Of a stretch of 64,000 nt of DNA, positions 16,852 through 26,800 are shown piece by piece (position 1 is the stretch's first letter; every line of letters begins with the position of its first letter). The stretch is from positions 3,066 through 67,065 of the forward strand of contig CAYHIN010000001.1 of NCBI GenBank assembly GCA_964356705.1, in the 5' to 3' direction. The notes under the pieces were generated by a model, which was given only the letters and a program-made list of their open reading frames with translations, did no database searches and had not been told where the DNA came from. The DNA is from an uncultured Gammaproteobacteria bacterium (GTDB taxonomy: Bacteria > Patescibacteriota > Microgenomatia > CAZETR01 > Amesbacteraceae). The position numbers were made by a program, and so were the translations under genes.

Positions 16852-19629
16852 CTATCTTCTTTTTCCTCTCATCCATGCAAACATTCTCCCCAGACCTGTG
16901 TCGTTCCATGAGTCTTCAGACATGTCCCAAAACTCTCTTTGTCCTGTGCGTGTATTTCTTCCAGCCCCTAACCATACAGGCAAACCAAGCACTGCAGCCT
17001 TTGTGGATAGAGTAATTTTAGGAAGTGTACCACTTCTCAACGCCTTCAATAGCTCATCAATCCCTCCTTTTCCCGACTTTCTATTCATTTCATCAGCAGC
17101 ATCATCGTTACCATCACGCAAATTACCTATGTCATCCATCGTATCGTCAATTTTTGCATAACCAGCATAAACACCTTGTAATGGTTTCGCATTCACTATT
17201 GTCGCCTCGTCTGCTGTCGGGTCATAATCTTCTGCTTCCTCCAAAGTCGCAACTACTCCAAATAAATCCTCTACTCCCCGCTCAGATACAACCCTAGCCA
17301 AATACCCCACTCCGCCAACATCTCCATTCTTATCGCCATGTTTCATCTTTTCCAATGGAGACTTGCACGCTCCTTCCTTTGAAAATGGTATCCATTTATT
17401 CGGATCATATTTACCTAAAATTTCCGATTGTGCATTTTTGATAACATCTCTTGTCTTTTTTTCAGCCTCAATTTCCCGATTCAGTTTTTCCCTTTTTGCA
17501 GCACTCAAATCTTTATCTTCCAACTGTCGCTCGATCTTAAATATTTTTACTTCTTGAAGCAGCCTCTCTGTTTCCGATCTTCTCCAAATATCGGAGTCCT
17601 TCCTTACTTCTACTAAATCAGTAGGTAAACCTGACACTCCCTCATATACTCCTGGATTAATCACTGGGTTCCACAACGCCTGATGTGTGTTGATCATTTT
17701 TCTATATTCCACCATTTCCGGCCCAAGCGCCAAGAGCTTAGCAAGTTCTCTCATTGATCCCACTCTTACTTCATCCATACCATCAAATCTGGCCATCATA
17801 TCCTTCCCAATCTGGTTCATTCTTGCTTTAACGGCTGTATGCAGTAGCTTATTGTGACCCTTCCTCATCATATCCTGAAGTTCACCCTGATACTCAGCCA
17901 CAAAGCTTGCCTGTTCTGCCGACAAATCTCCAACCTCTTGGCCACACAGTGCCAACCACATTCTAAGAGAATCTTTAGCGATTTCATCATTTGAATAAGC
18001 CCTGAAAGTTTCTTTCAAATTAAACGATGTCTGATTCAACGCACCCTCCTGCACATCTCTATCTAGAGCCTTAGATCCACCACCCAAACTATTCCAAGTT
18101 CCTTGATCTTTTGCCCTTATCGTCATCAGCTTAAACACCCCACCAGTCAACAATTCATAAGCATTCATCGCTCTCTCAGTCACTCCTACTCGATCGACGC
18201 TTCTTCCCTCAGCTCCAGCCAAAGCTTTTTCTTCTTCCACTAGACCTCTTGTTATAGCTTCCAATCGAATCCCTGGCGCTTCTCCAATCTTAAAAGCTGT
18301 AGCAATTACTACTCTTGTGCTCTTCATGACCAACTCCATCCCCTCTGCACCAGTCTCTGTCACGAATAAAAACTTAGGTAATCCATGTGCCACCAAAAAT
18401 TCATCATTCACCAACTCTTGACTCACATCTGTTTCATCCTCTTTTGGACCATACCTACTAAAGGACTCTTGTCCTACACTACTTCTTGCTTGAGACCGAC
18501 CATTTAATATTCCATTTTGGGGTTTTATTGCTTTTCTTATAGTAACCCCAGGATCAACTGATTCGTCAGTCATACTCACCAACAAATTAGCTGTCGTCAG
18601 TTTTAAGTCACCAAGGTTGAGGTATTTTTGCCTATCTTTTTGCTGTTCAAGCTCTCTTGCATCATATGGCCTTTTGGCGCGCTTTAACGCCTCAAGCTGG
18701 GCCACCACCAGATTTGTCTGCACCCCTTCAAGCCATAAATCAACTACTGATTCATATTTGCCATCTTTCCACCCATTGACCTTTCTATATTCAGCCAATT
18801 CTCTACAATAGGCCGCTGCTTGTTCAACGGGAGGATCGCTACTCACTATCCCCAAGGCCATATCCCGATTCCATTCACGCATAATTTCAGTAAATCTTTG
18901 GCCAACGAGGGAGTTTATTTTCGCAAAGGCGTTATCAGCTTCAGCGGCAGCCACCAATTCCTTTCTCCTCCTAATAAGACCGTTATCACGTAAGATATTA
19001 GGGTCTTTTGAAAAATCGCTTCTCAGCTCGTCACTCAACGCATCCCATTCATAATAGGTTTTGATATCACTTTCATAAATGCTTTTATCCATTTTTGCGT
19101 CAAAATCTCTTAATATTGTTCCGCCTTTTCCAGCCCCCATTGCCACTTCCATCCGCCTCAGTTGATATTCTACCCACTCCAGATATACATCTTTATTTGC
19201 AATATGCTTCTCGTCCAGCTTTTTCTCACAAGCTTCCAATACTGACTTTATAATTTTCACCAGATCTTTAGCACCAAAACCCTTCACTTTTCCACTCTCA
19301 TTTACCCGTATCGCCTCTATCCAAGTTTTTCGAACTTTACTTTCAACAATCTCTCCCAACCCTTCTACTTGGGCTTCTTCACCCACCTGCATTAACCACT
19401 CAGTTGCTTTTGCACTCTCAGGTCCACCTTTTCGAGCCGTATCTCTTACTTGTTCGTACGAAGGAGAAGGTGCAGATTCTTTCACACCGGCGATTCCTCT
19501 ATATTCGGGAGCATGTATTCTTGTCACTTCTTCAGCAGTGGAAGGAGCCCGCTTTCGCGAACCTCCCAATCCCTCAATATCTGGCGCACTTAATCTTTCA
19601 GGTATCATAAATTCTCCAAAATCAGGCAT
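16852..19629 (-). CDS. large acidic hypothetical protein (925 aa), no TM, no recognizable motifs
   Basis: Single long ORF on the opposite strand, embedded within the T4SS-like cluster. Confidence 0.6.
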   Translation of the reverse strand: MPDFGEFMIPERLSAPDIEGLGGSRKRAPSTAEEVTRIHAPEYRGIAGVKESAPSPSYEQVRDTARKGGPESAKATEWLMQVGEEAQVEGLGEIVESKVRKTWIEAIRVNESGKVKGFGAKDLVKIIKSVLEACEKKLDEKHIANKDVYLEWVEYQLRRMEVAMGAGKGGTILRDFDAKMDKSIYESDIKTYYEWDALSDELRSDFSKDPNILRDNGLIRRRKELVAAAEADNAFAKINSLVGQRFTEIMREWNRDMALGIVSSDPPVEQAAAYCRELAEYRKVNGWKDGKYESVVDLWLEGVQTNLVVAQLEALKRAKRPYDARELEQQKDRQKYLNLGDLKLTTANLLVSMTDESVDPGVTIRKAIKPQNGILNGRSQARSSVGQESFSRYGPKEDETDVSQELVNDEFLVAHGLPKFLFVTETGAEGMELVMKSTRVVIATAFKIGEAPGIRLEAITRGLVEEEKALAGAEGRSVDRVGVTERAMNAYELLTGGVFKLMTIRAKDQGTWNSLGGGSKALDRDVQEGALNQTSFNLKETFRAYSNDEIAKDSLRMWLALCGQEVGDLSAEQASFVAEYQGELQDMMRKGHNKLLHTAVKARMNQIGKDMMARFDGMDEVRVGSMRELAKLLALGPEMVEYRKMINTHQALWNPVINPGVYEGVSGLPTDLVEVRKDSDIWRRSETERLLQEVKIFKIERQLEDKDLSAAKREKLNREIEAEKKTRDVIKNAQSEILGKYDPNKWIPFSKEGACKSPLEKMKHGDKNGDVGGVGYLARVVSERGVEDLFGVVATLEEAEDYDPTADEATIVNAKPLQGVYAGYAKIDDTMDDIGNLRDGNDDAADEMNRKSGKGGIDELLKALRSGTLPKITLSTKAAVLGLPVWLGAGRNTRTGQREFWDMSEDSWNDTGLGRMFAWMRGKRR

Positions 19630-19705
19630 TGTCCAATTATACCGTACCCAGGCTAATTTGGCCGCCGGCCATAAAACAACAAGCCGTGCCCCAAAACATC
19701 AGTTT

Positions 19706-19927
19706 CTAATTGCTTATAAGTCTTCCATCTTCAAACCAGCTTGCTTCAAAATACTCCTTAAAGTGTTCTTCTTCAGGTCTTTGTTGTGCATTGGCACAGT
19801 AGTCCTCAAATTTCTCGCTGCATGAAACATGCTGTACATGACTACCTATCTGTCGTTTTTTCACAAAACCAGCTCTTTTCAGAATTTTTAACATCTCTTT
19901 CGGTTTCATCGAGGGCAGATTTCCCAT
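19706..19927 (-). CDS. HicA-like mRNA interferase toxin (divergent C-terminus)
   Basis: KPKEMLKILKRAGFVKKRQIGSHVQH matches the HicA/YcfA N-terminal motif. Confidence 0.45.
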   Translation of the reverse strand: MGNLPSMKPKEMLKILKRAGFVKKRQIGSHVQHVSCSEKFEDYCANAQQRPEEEHFKEYFEASWFEDGRLISN

Positions 19928-20196
19928 ACACTACACTGCACTGCAAATCTTGGTCCAGTCACATTTACTGGAACCACAAAACTGTTCTCATCAGGCTCAG
20001 GAATCTCCTCACCATCCTCCTGCAATACTCGCAAGTATCCACCAATCGCATCTCTCGCCATCTCGATGGCCAACTCATAAGTATCACCTTCAGTCACAAG
20101 TCCTGGCAATTTAGGCACAGTCACAGTGAAACCACCCTCCTCACAAGGTTCAAAAACCGCATTATATTTCAGTACTTTTACTACACTTTTACTCAC
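19906..20196 (-). CDS. HicB-like antitoxin
   Basis: YNAVFEPCEEGGFTVTVPKLPGLVTEGDTYELAIEMARDAI matches the HicB/UPF0150 N-domain. Overlaps the HicA-like ORF by 22 nt. Confidence 0.55.
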   Translation of the reverse strand: MSKSVVKVLKYNAVFEPCEEGGFTVTVPKLPGLVTEGDTYELAIEMARDAIGGYLRVLQEDGEEIPEPDENSFVVPVNVTGPRFAVQCSVWEICPR

Positions 20197-20279
20197 ATCA
20201 TCATTTTAACATTTTAATACAATTAGATTAATCCCAATCAAAAAACAATAGTTAACATTTCGGATATAATCAAATCAAT

Positions 20280-21338
20280 ATGGAGCAACATGCAGTTCCT
20301 CAAAACATATCGTCGTACGAATTTCGCCTAGTAGGAGACATGACTCTCAAGCAGTTCTTTCAGCTGGCAGGCGGCATTGTTTTAGGGGTCGTCATTTTTC
20401 GCCTCCCCATTCCCGTTTTTATCAAATACCCTCTTGTTTTTATCTCAGTCATCGTGGGTGTTCTCATGGCCTTTGTTCCCATCAACGGTCGCCCTTTCAC
20501 CGCCTGGATCACTGCTTTTTTTAGAGCTATCTATGCTCCCACCGAATTTTTATGGGCTCCGGATACAGAGATTCCAGTTGCCAGCAACATTGCACCCATA
20601 ATTAGCGCCACCTCTCCTTTTCATTCCACCACCACAAATTCAAACACCCCGTCCACGCTTAGCGTGGACAAAGGAACGCTTAGCGTTCCAGCTCCAACTC
20701 AAAAAATTCCCTCTCCTGGATCAGGAGAGGGCAAGGGTGAGGTTTTGAAGGAAATACCCATGACTCCCGTAGTTTCCATGCCGAAACCTACAACCAAAGA
20801 AACTACTTTCAGTTCCTACACGCCACCACCTGCTACGCTTAGCGTAGCAAAAGGGACGCTTAGCGTTCCCAAACCAGTCATTGAACCAAAGTCAGTCATA
20901 GAACCCAAACCAATTTCTCCTATACAAGTTCCCTCTCCTGAATCAGGAGAGGGCCAGGGTGAGGTCGTCGGCCCCGTCACCCAACCTCTAAAAAAACCAG
21001 TCCCAGAGATCAATCTTCCCCAAGTTCCAGCAGCATCCAGCGCGACATCAGAGACCCAAAACGTTCCCACTCCCACTCAACCAAATGTCCTGGCCGGCAT
21101 GGTCACTGACCGTTCTGGAACAGCTATCGAATCTGCCATAGTCGAAATTATCGATAGTGTCACCCAGATTCCAGCCAGAGCCTTACGCACAAATCGCACC
21201 GGTCTCTTTCAGATTGTTACTCCTTTGAAGCCATCTAGTTACCAGGTCATAGTCGAAAAAGAAGGCCTTACATTTCCTCCAGTCAGCATCGTGGCAAATG
21301 GAAAAATTATCCAACCCATAATCATTAAAGCCACATGA
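20280..21338 (+). CDS. VirB3-like membrane protein with C-terminal extension (tandem 70-aa repeats plus CarboxypepD_reg-like beta-sandwich)
   Basis: N-terminal two TM helices as in VirB3/PrgI. Internal duplication TLSVxKGTLSVP...PSPxSGEGxGEV. C-terminal GMVTDRSGTAIESAIVEIID... Confidence 0.5.
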   Translation: MEQHAVPQNISSYEFRLVGDMTLKQFFQLAGGIVLGVVIFRLPIPVFIKYPLVFISVIVGVLMAFVPINGRPFTAWITAFFRAIYAPTEFLWAPDTEIPVASNIAPIISATSPFHSTTTNSNTPSTLSVDKGTLSVPAPTQKIPSPGSGEGKGEVLKEIPMTPVVSMPKPTTKETTFSSYTPPPATLSVAKGTLSVPKPVIEPKSVIEPKPISPIQVPSPESGEGQGEVVGPVTQPLKKPVPEINLPQVPAASSATSETQNVPTPTQPNVLAGMVTDRSGTAIESAIVEIIDSVTQIPARALRTNRTGLFQIVTPLKPSSYQVIVEKEGLTFPPVSIVANGKIIQPIIIKAT

Positions 21339-22003
21339 AACCCTCTACACAATCCCATTTAGATATCTACGACATCCAAAACGATCTACTGATCCTCAAG
21401 GACGGCTCAGTGTGTCTCCTCTTGGAGGTCTCCGCTATCAACTTCGGCCTCTTCTCCGAAAGAGAGCAAGAAGCCACCATTTATGCATATGCTCAGTTGC
21501 TCAATTCTCTCAATTTTACGATCCAAATAGTCATCACCAGCAAAAGAAAAGATATTACTGATTATCTAGACAAGCTCGAGGTCAGGCTATCATCTGCCCC
21601 TTCCCCAAAGATCAAAGACCAGCTTCTCAAATATCGCGATTTTATAAAGTCCATCGTCCGCCAGGGTAATGTCTTGGACAAGAAATTTTTCATTTCCATC
21701 CCCTTCTCGTCTCTGGAATTAGGTGTCAGCTCAGCTCTCAGTGCTTTTTCAAAAAAACCCACCAAGCCCCTCTCTCCTATCCCCACGATAGTCGAAAGAG
21801 CCACAAACAATCTCACTCCCAAACGAGATCATTTGATCAGATTGTTAGCCCGGATCGGCCTCAAATCTCGCCAGCTCGGAACCCTTGAGCTTCTCCAATT
21901 GTTCTATGACTCCTACAACGCCACAGATTTGGGTACCAAGGTGACACTTCCCATACAAGCAGGTGTCATCCTGAGCGAGCGTACACCTAAACCAACATCA
22001 TGA
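21335..22003 (+). CDS. probable N-terminal fragment of VirB4-family ATPase
   Basis: DIQNDLLILKDGSVCLLLEVSAINFGLFSEREQEATIYAYAQLLNSLNFTIQIV resembles the N-terminal region of Gram-positive VirB4 homologs. ATGA overlap with the following ATPase ORF. Confidence 0.45.
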   Translation: MKPSTQSHLDIYDIQNDLLILKDGSVCLLLEVSAINFGLFSEREQEATIYAYAQLLNSLNFTIQIVITSKRKDITDYLDKLEVRLSSAPSPKIKDQLLKYRDFIKSIVRQGNVLDKKFFISIPFSSLELGVSSALSAFSKKPTKPLSPIPTIVERATNNLTPKRDHLIRLLARIGLKSRQLGTLELLQLFYDSYNATDLGTKVTLPIQAGVILSERTPKPTS

Positions 22004-23880
22004 AATTCCCAACTCTCAAAATCCCAAACATAAAGAAAAGTCATCTACCCTCTCCTGGCGAAGGAGAGGGACCGAGGGTGAGGTTAACAGAGCCAGTCTC
22101 AAAAAAATCCCTCACCACCGCCAAAACTGTCCGCGACATCATCGCCCCTTCCTCTATCTCCATCGATTTCAACTATCTCAGACTTGGCGATCTCTACTAC
22201 CGCACCTACTTCACAAATATCAATCGCCGCTTTGTCGATGCCAACTGGCTCTCAGCTCTCATCAATTTCGACCATTCGCTCAACATCTCTATGTTTATTT
22301 ATCCCGTCGAAAGCAAAAGCACTCTCGATGATCTCAGAAGAAAAATCGCCGAAATGGAAGCCGAGATCAGTACCGATATGCAAAGAGGCCGTGTCGTCGA
22401 TCCCTCGACCCAAGCTAAGCTCGAGGACGCCCTTTCTCTCCAAGACCAGCTGGTCAAAGGCATTGAACGTTTCTTTCAGTTTTCCCTCTATGTTACGATT
22501 CCTGCCGAATCCTCATCAGAGTTGGACAATGTCGCAAAACAGGTCACGAGCACTCTTTCCTCACTCCAGCTCACAGCCACTCCCGCCCTTCTGGAGCAAG
22601 CCGAGGGTTTCAAGACCACTCTCCCCACTTGCGTCGACCATTTGGGCGTTCTCCGCAACATGGATACTACATCCCTTGCTACTACTTTTCCTTTTACCTC
22701 ATCTGAGCTTTCCAGCAACGATGGTGTGCTATATGGTCTCAATGAGCACAACGGCAGTCTCGTTCTCTTTGATCGCTTTAGTCTAGAAAATGCCAATACG
22801 GTAGTCTTTGCCAAGGCTGGGGCTGGAAAAAGCTTCCTGGTCAAGCTCGAGATTCTAAGGTCGACCATGTTCGGCACCGAGATTATCATTATTGATCCCG
22901 AAAACGAATACAAAACTCTTTGTGAGGCCGTGGGTGGTGAATACATTAACTTCTCTTTCAATTCCCAAAACCGCATCAATCCTTTTGACTTGTCGCTTCT
23001 GACCCAATATTCCGACGAAAACGAGCTCAATCTCAAGATTCAGTCTCTCCACTCCCTCTTCAAAGTCATCATGGGCAACCTCAATCCTACCGAAGACGCC
23101 CTTCTCGACCGTGCTCTTACCCAGACGTACAAAATGAAGGGTATTACTCCGGACCCTGAGACTCAAAAAAAGACTCCTCCTCTTATGGAGGATCTCTACA
23201 AAGCCTTTGTGGGCATGGAAGACCCCGAAGCCAAGTCTCTGGCCGACCGCATCGAAAAGTTTGTCAAGGGTTCTTTTGCCGGCATCATCGACCAGCCTAG
23301 TAATATCACTCTCAAAAATCCCTTTACCGTCTTCTCTGTCCGTGATCTGGAGGATTCTCTCAAGCCTATCGCCATTTTTATTATTCTCGACTTCATCTGG
23401 ACCAAGATGAGACGCGACCTCAAAAAGCGCATTCTCGTCGTAGACGAGGCTTGGTATCTCATGCGCTATCCCGATTCCGCCGCCTTCTTATATGGTATTG
23501 CCAAGCGCGCCCGCAAGTATTTCCTCGGCTTGACCACTATTACCCAAGACGTCGAAGATTTTCTGGCTTCTGATTATGGCAAACCCATTGTCACCAACTC
23601 TTCTATTCAGATTCTCATGAAGCAGTCTCCTGCGGCAATTGACAAAGTCGCCCAACTCTTTTACTTGTCAGAGGGAGAAAAGCATCTCCTACTCTCAGCC
23701 AACGTCGGAGAAGGTCTGTTCTTTGCGGGCAACAATCACGTCGCCATCCGATTTGTAGCCAGTCCTGACGAATATCAGTTGATTACCACCAAGCCAGGCG
23801 ATATTCTAGCCAAACAGAAGACCGATGCTGAAAACGCAGTTCGTCTAGTTACTCAAGAAGAACCCACCCAAAATGCCTGA
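22000..23880 (+). CDS. virB4: VirB4/TrbE/ConE-family T4SS ATPase (C-terminal two-thirds)
   Basis: Walker A VVFAKAGAGKSFLVK and Walker B ILVVDEAWYLM. 626 aa; together with the upstream fragment about 848 aa, a typical VirB4 size. Confidence 0.8.
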   Translation: MKFPTLKIPNIKKSHLPSPGEGEGPRVRLTEPVSKKSLTTAKTVRDIIAPSSISIDFNYLRLGDLYYRTYFTNINRRFVDANWLSALINFDHSLNISMFIYPVESKSTLDDLRRKIAEMEAEISTDMQRGRVVDPSTQAKLEDALSLQDQLVKGIERFFQFSLYVTIPAESSSELDNVAKQVTSTLSSLQLTATPALLEQAEGFKTTLPTCVDHLGVLRNMDTTSLATTFPFTSSELSSNDGVLYGLNEHNGSLVLFDRFSLENANTVVFAKAGAGKSFLVKLEILRSTMFGTEIIIIDPENEYKTLCEAVGGEYINFSFNSQNRINPFDLSLLTQYSDENELNLKIQSLHSLFKVIMGNLNPTEDALLDRALTQTYKMKGITPDPETQKKTPPLMEDLYKAFVGMEDPEAKSLADRIEKFVKGSFAGIIDQPSNITLKNPFTVFSVRDLEDSLKPIAIFIILDFIWTKMRRDLKKRILVVDEAWYLMRYPDSAAFLYGIAKRARKYFLGLTTITQDVEDFLASDYGKPIVTNSSIQILMKQSPAAIDKVAQLFYLSEGEKHLLLSANVGEGLFFAGNNHVAIRFVASPDEYQLITTKPGDILAKQKTDAENAVRLVTQEEPTQNA

Positions 23881-26800
23881 TTCCCCTCTCACTCAACTTG
23901 ATATCCAAAATCTAGAGTCAGCCATGCGCCTAGTCATCGAGGGCTATCAAAAAATCCGTTCAGAAAACCAAAGAGACATCTCCGAGTTTGACTTCTTTAG
24001 ATCAGAAATCCAACCTGTGTGGGATTGGGTCGGTCGGTATCTAACTCCATTTCAAATTCAAAAAATTCTGGGCGAAGCCTCTATTTCCTCCGAACACACC
24101 AAGGATGCCGAGAAAGAACGTGTTTTGGAAATCTGTGCAAATCTGCGAGCCAAGATTTTTAAAGAAATAAACAACTCCGATCTAGCTACCGTCCAAGAGC
24201 TTACTCAACAATGGGAAGAAGCAGAAAAAAATCTTTCCGCCCAACCCGACCCCGCCACTCAGTTTGTCACTCGCATCAAAAAAAGGTCTGCCATCTATGC
24301 CGCCAGGGCTTCTGTCGCCTCACTTCCTGAAAAAGAGATTCCGTCCACCCCGCCCCAGATTGATCCACGCATGGACGAAGTTATTGCTACCGCCTTCAAA
24401 GATATTCCTATACCAGACCAGGTCTCATTTCACAGAAAACTAGCTGATCTGGTCCAAAAAGCCAGCACCGCCTCTCCGGATGAATATCAAAGAATTACCC
24501 AGGAACTAGTCACTCACGTCGAAAAATCCACCGGCAGACCTCTCCCCCCGTCTCTACGAAAAGAGGTTCTTTCCTACATCCCACCCCTCGCCCGTCTTTC
24601 AGATTCAAAGATCACCCACGACCTTCAGTCGCTAGACACTCTAGAAGAAAAAGCTTTATATCTCCAAAACCACACGTCAGCCCATCTGACCCAAACCGAA
24701 GCCGTTGAGACAGCTCGTCAATATACCCAGCACGACACGGCTACCGTATCTCAAATAGTAGACACCATCCGGGATTTTTCCCACAACCAGGAGCTTACTT
24801 CCGCTCAGTCTACAAAACTAATTAATGAGATCTTGCCAGAGACTCTCCAAACCCACTCCAAAGAAACAGCGTCCAAACTGCTAACCCAAGTAAGATCTGT
24901 CCTCCCAAACCAAACTTCAGACCAAATCTCTAGCCTTACACAGGATCTCATCTTTTCCAAAGAATTCGCTTCTTCTGTCACTACCACATCTAAAGATGCC
25001 CCCAAGGAAACCTTCCTCGGCTCACTTCGCACTCTTATCCATCCCCATACCCTCCTTACCGATGCATCATCCATATCAGCCCAGTCGGGTGTTTCTTCAG
25101 AACTAATCACAAATCTTTTGATACAAACCCAATCTCAGGTTCTTACGCAAATTGCTACTCCAGAGTATGCCCAAAAATATATTGCTTACCTAGGCATTAC
25201 AGATTTTGATCCAGAAAGGACTCGCCAGATTGCAGATAGCGTACTCGAGGTCTTCACCAACCCAACTCTCTCTACCGCCACACCCCACATCACCACCTTT
25301 CTCACCACTCCCCCCAAACAAACACCCAAATATATCCAAAAAACGACTCTTGATTCAGTCGCCGAGGATTTTTCCAAAATTATTTCGGCAACCTTCCCCC
25401 AAAACTCTCCCGAGACCAAAATACTCACTGGTCTCATCCATCCTATTGCCAAAGGTCTGTCCATCTCACCAGAGTCAGCCCGAGACACACTTATTTCCAC
25501 AGTCAGATTAACCAACTATCTTTCCCCCTCAGCAAATACCAACCAGACTCTGGAAAAACTAGCTCCCATCATCGGTACTCTCCGCACAGTTCATCCAAAT
25601 ATCAAGCTCCTCACTTCATCTACCTCCTCAATTCTCCAAAGTCACACTACCCTCTCTAGTGCACAGCTCATTTCAGTGACAAATCAGTTTACTCTTAGGT
25701 ATCTTCTAAATCCCACCACAGATCCTCAGATATTTGCCAGCTATTTTGACAAAAGTATCCTTCCCCAGCTAGAAGCCCTCACTGGTCGTTCTATTTCACC
25801 TGAGAAGAGTCGCCAGATCTTTTCAGATCTTCACACTCATCTCCAGACCAATCCTCTTAGATTCACGGCAGACCAACAAGTCTTATCCTCACTCACCGCC
25901 CACTTCACCAAAGCCGGCCTCACCCCCGAGCAAGCCCGGGTTCTCGCTCCCAAACTACTCGATTCCGCCAAATTGAGTTTTTACTTCAGCGGATATACCC
26001 CTATAGGTAAAAATCTCGTTCACACCAAAGCCCTCCAGGCCCAATCTTTTAATAATATCTTCAAAGTCTCCTTAGAGAGTTTAATAGAAGCCAATCCAGC
26101 CCTCGCCAATCTCCGTTTTGGATATCTAAACTCCCGCAGAGTTTTTGAAGATCTCCACACTGTTTTAGGCAACCCTACTGCCTTAAGTCCCGAGTTTCTT
26201 ATCAAAATCCAGTCCCCAGTTATTTATTCTTTCACCAAATATTTAGAGGGCTACATTCCAGAACCCATCCGCCCAGTAGTGGCAGCTGCCGCCAAAACTC
26301 TACTTGGTAGTGCTTTTCTCACCTCAAAGTTTGCCGAACAGTCAGGATTAAGAAGTTTTGTTGCCGTCCTGGCCGCAGGTTCTACTAAACTTCGTCCCTT
26401 GGGTGTAGCCAGTGCCCTCAAGTTTTCCGGCAAAGGCGCCCTCCAATACAATCTCAGGTTTCTAAACAAATACACTGGCATGAAAGTAGCTGGGAATCCC
26501 GTAGCTCTGGCCTTCAGGAAAAATTTCCAAGCCCCAGTTTCAGCAGCCGTCAAGGGAGTTTGGACCAAATTTGCAGGTACAGCAGCCGGCAAAGCCATAA
26601 CTGCGGCAGGAGCAAAAATAGCTGCCAATGCCGCCCTTCAGCCCATTCTCCAGGCTATTGGCAGCGCCGCTCCCATCATTGGAAACCTCATTGCCCTTGC
26701 CGTCGGCTGGGTAGTAGGTGAGGTGCTCGTCAAGCTTATCGACCCGGCGATTCGATTTCTCAAAGAGCTAAAAGACAATATCATTCCCGGCGCCACGGCC

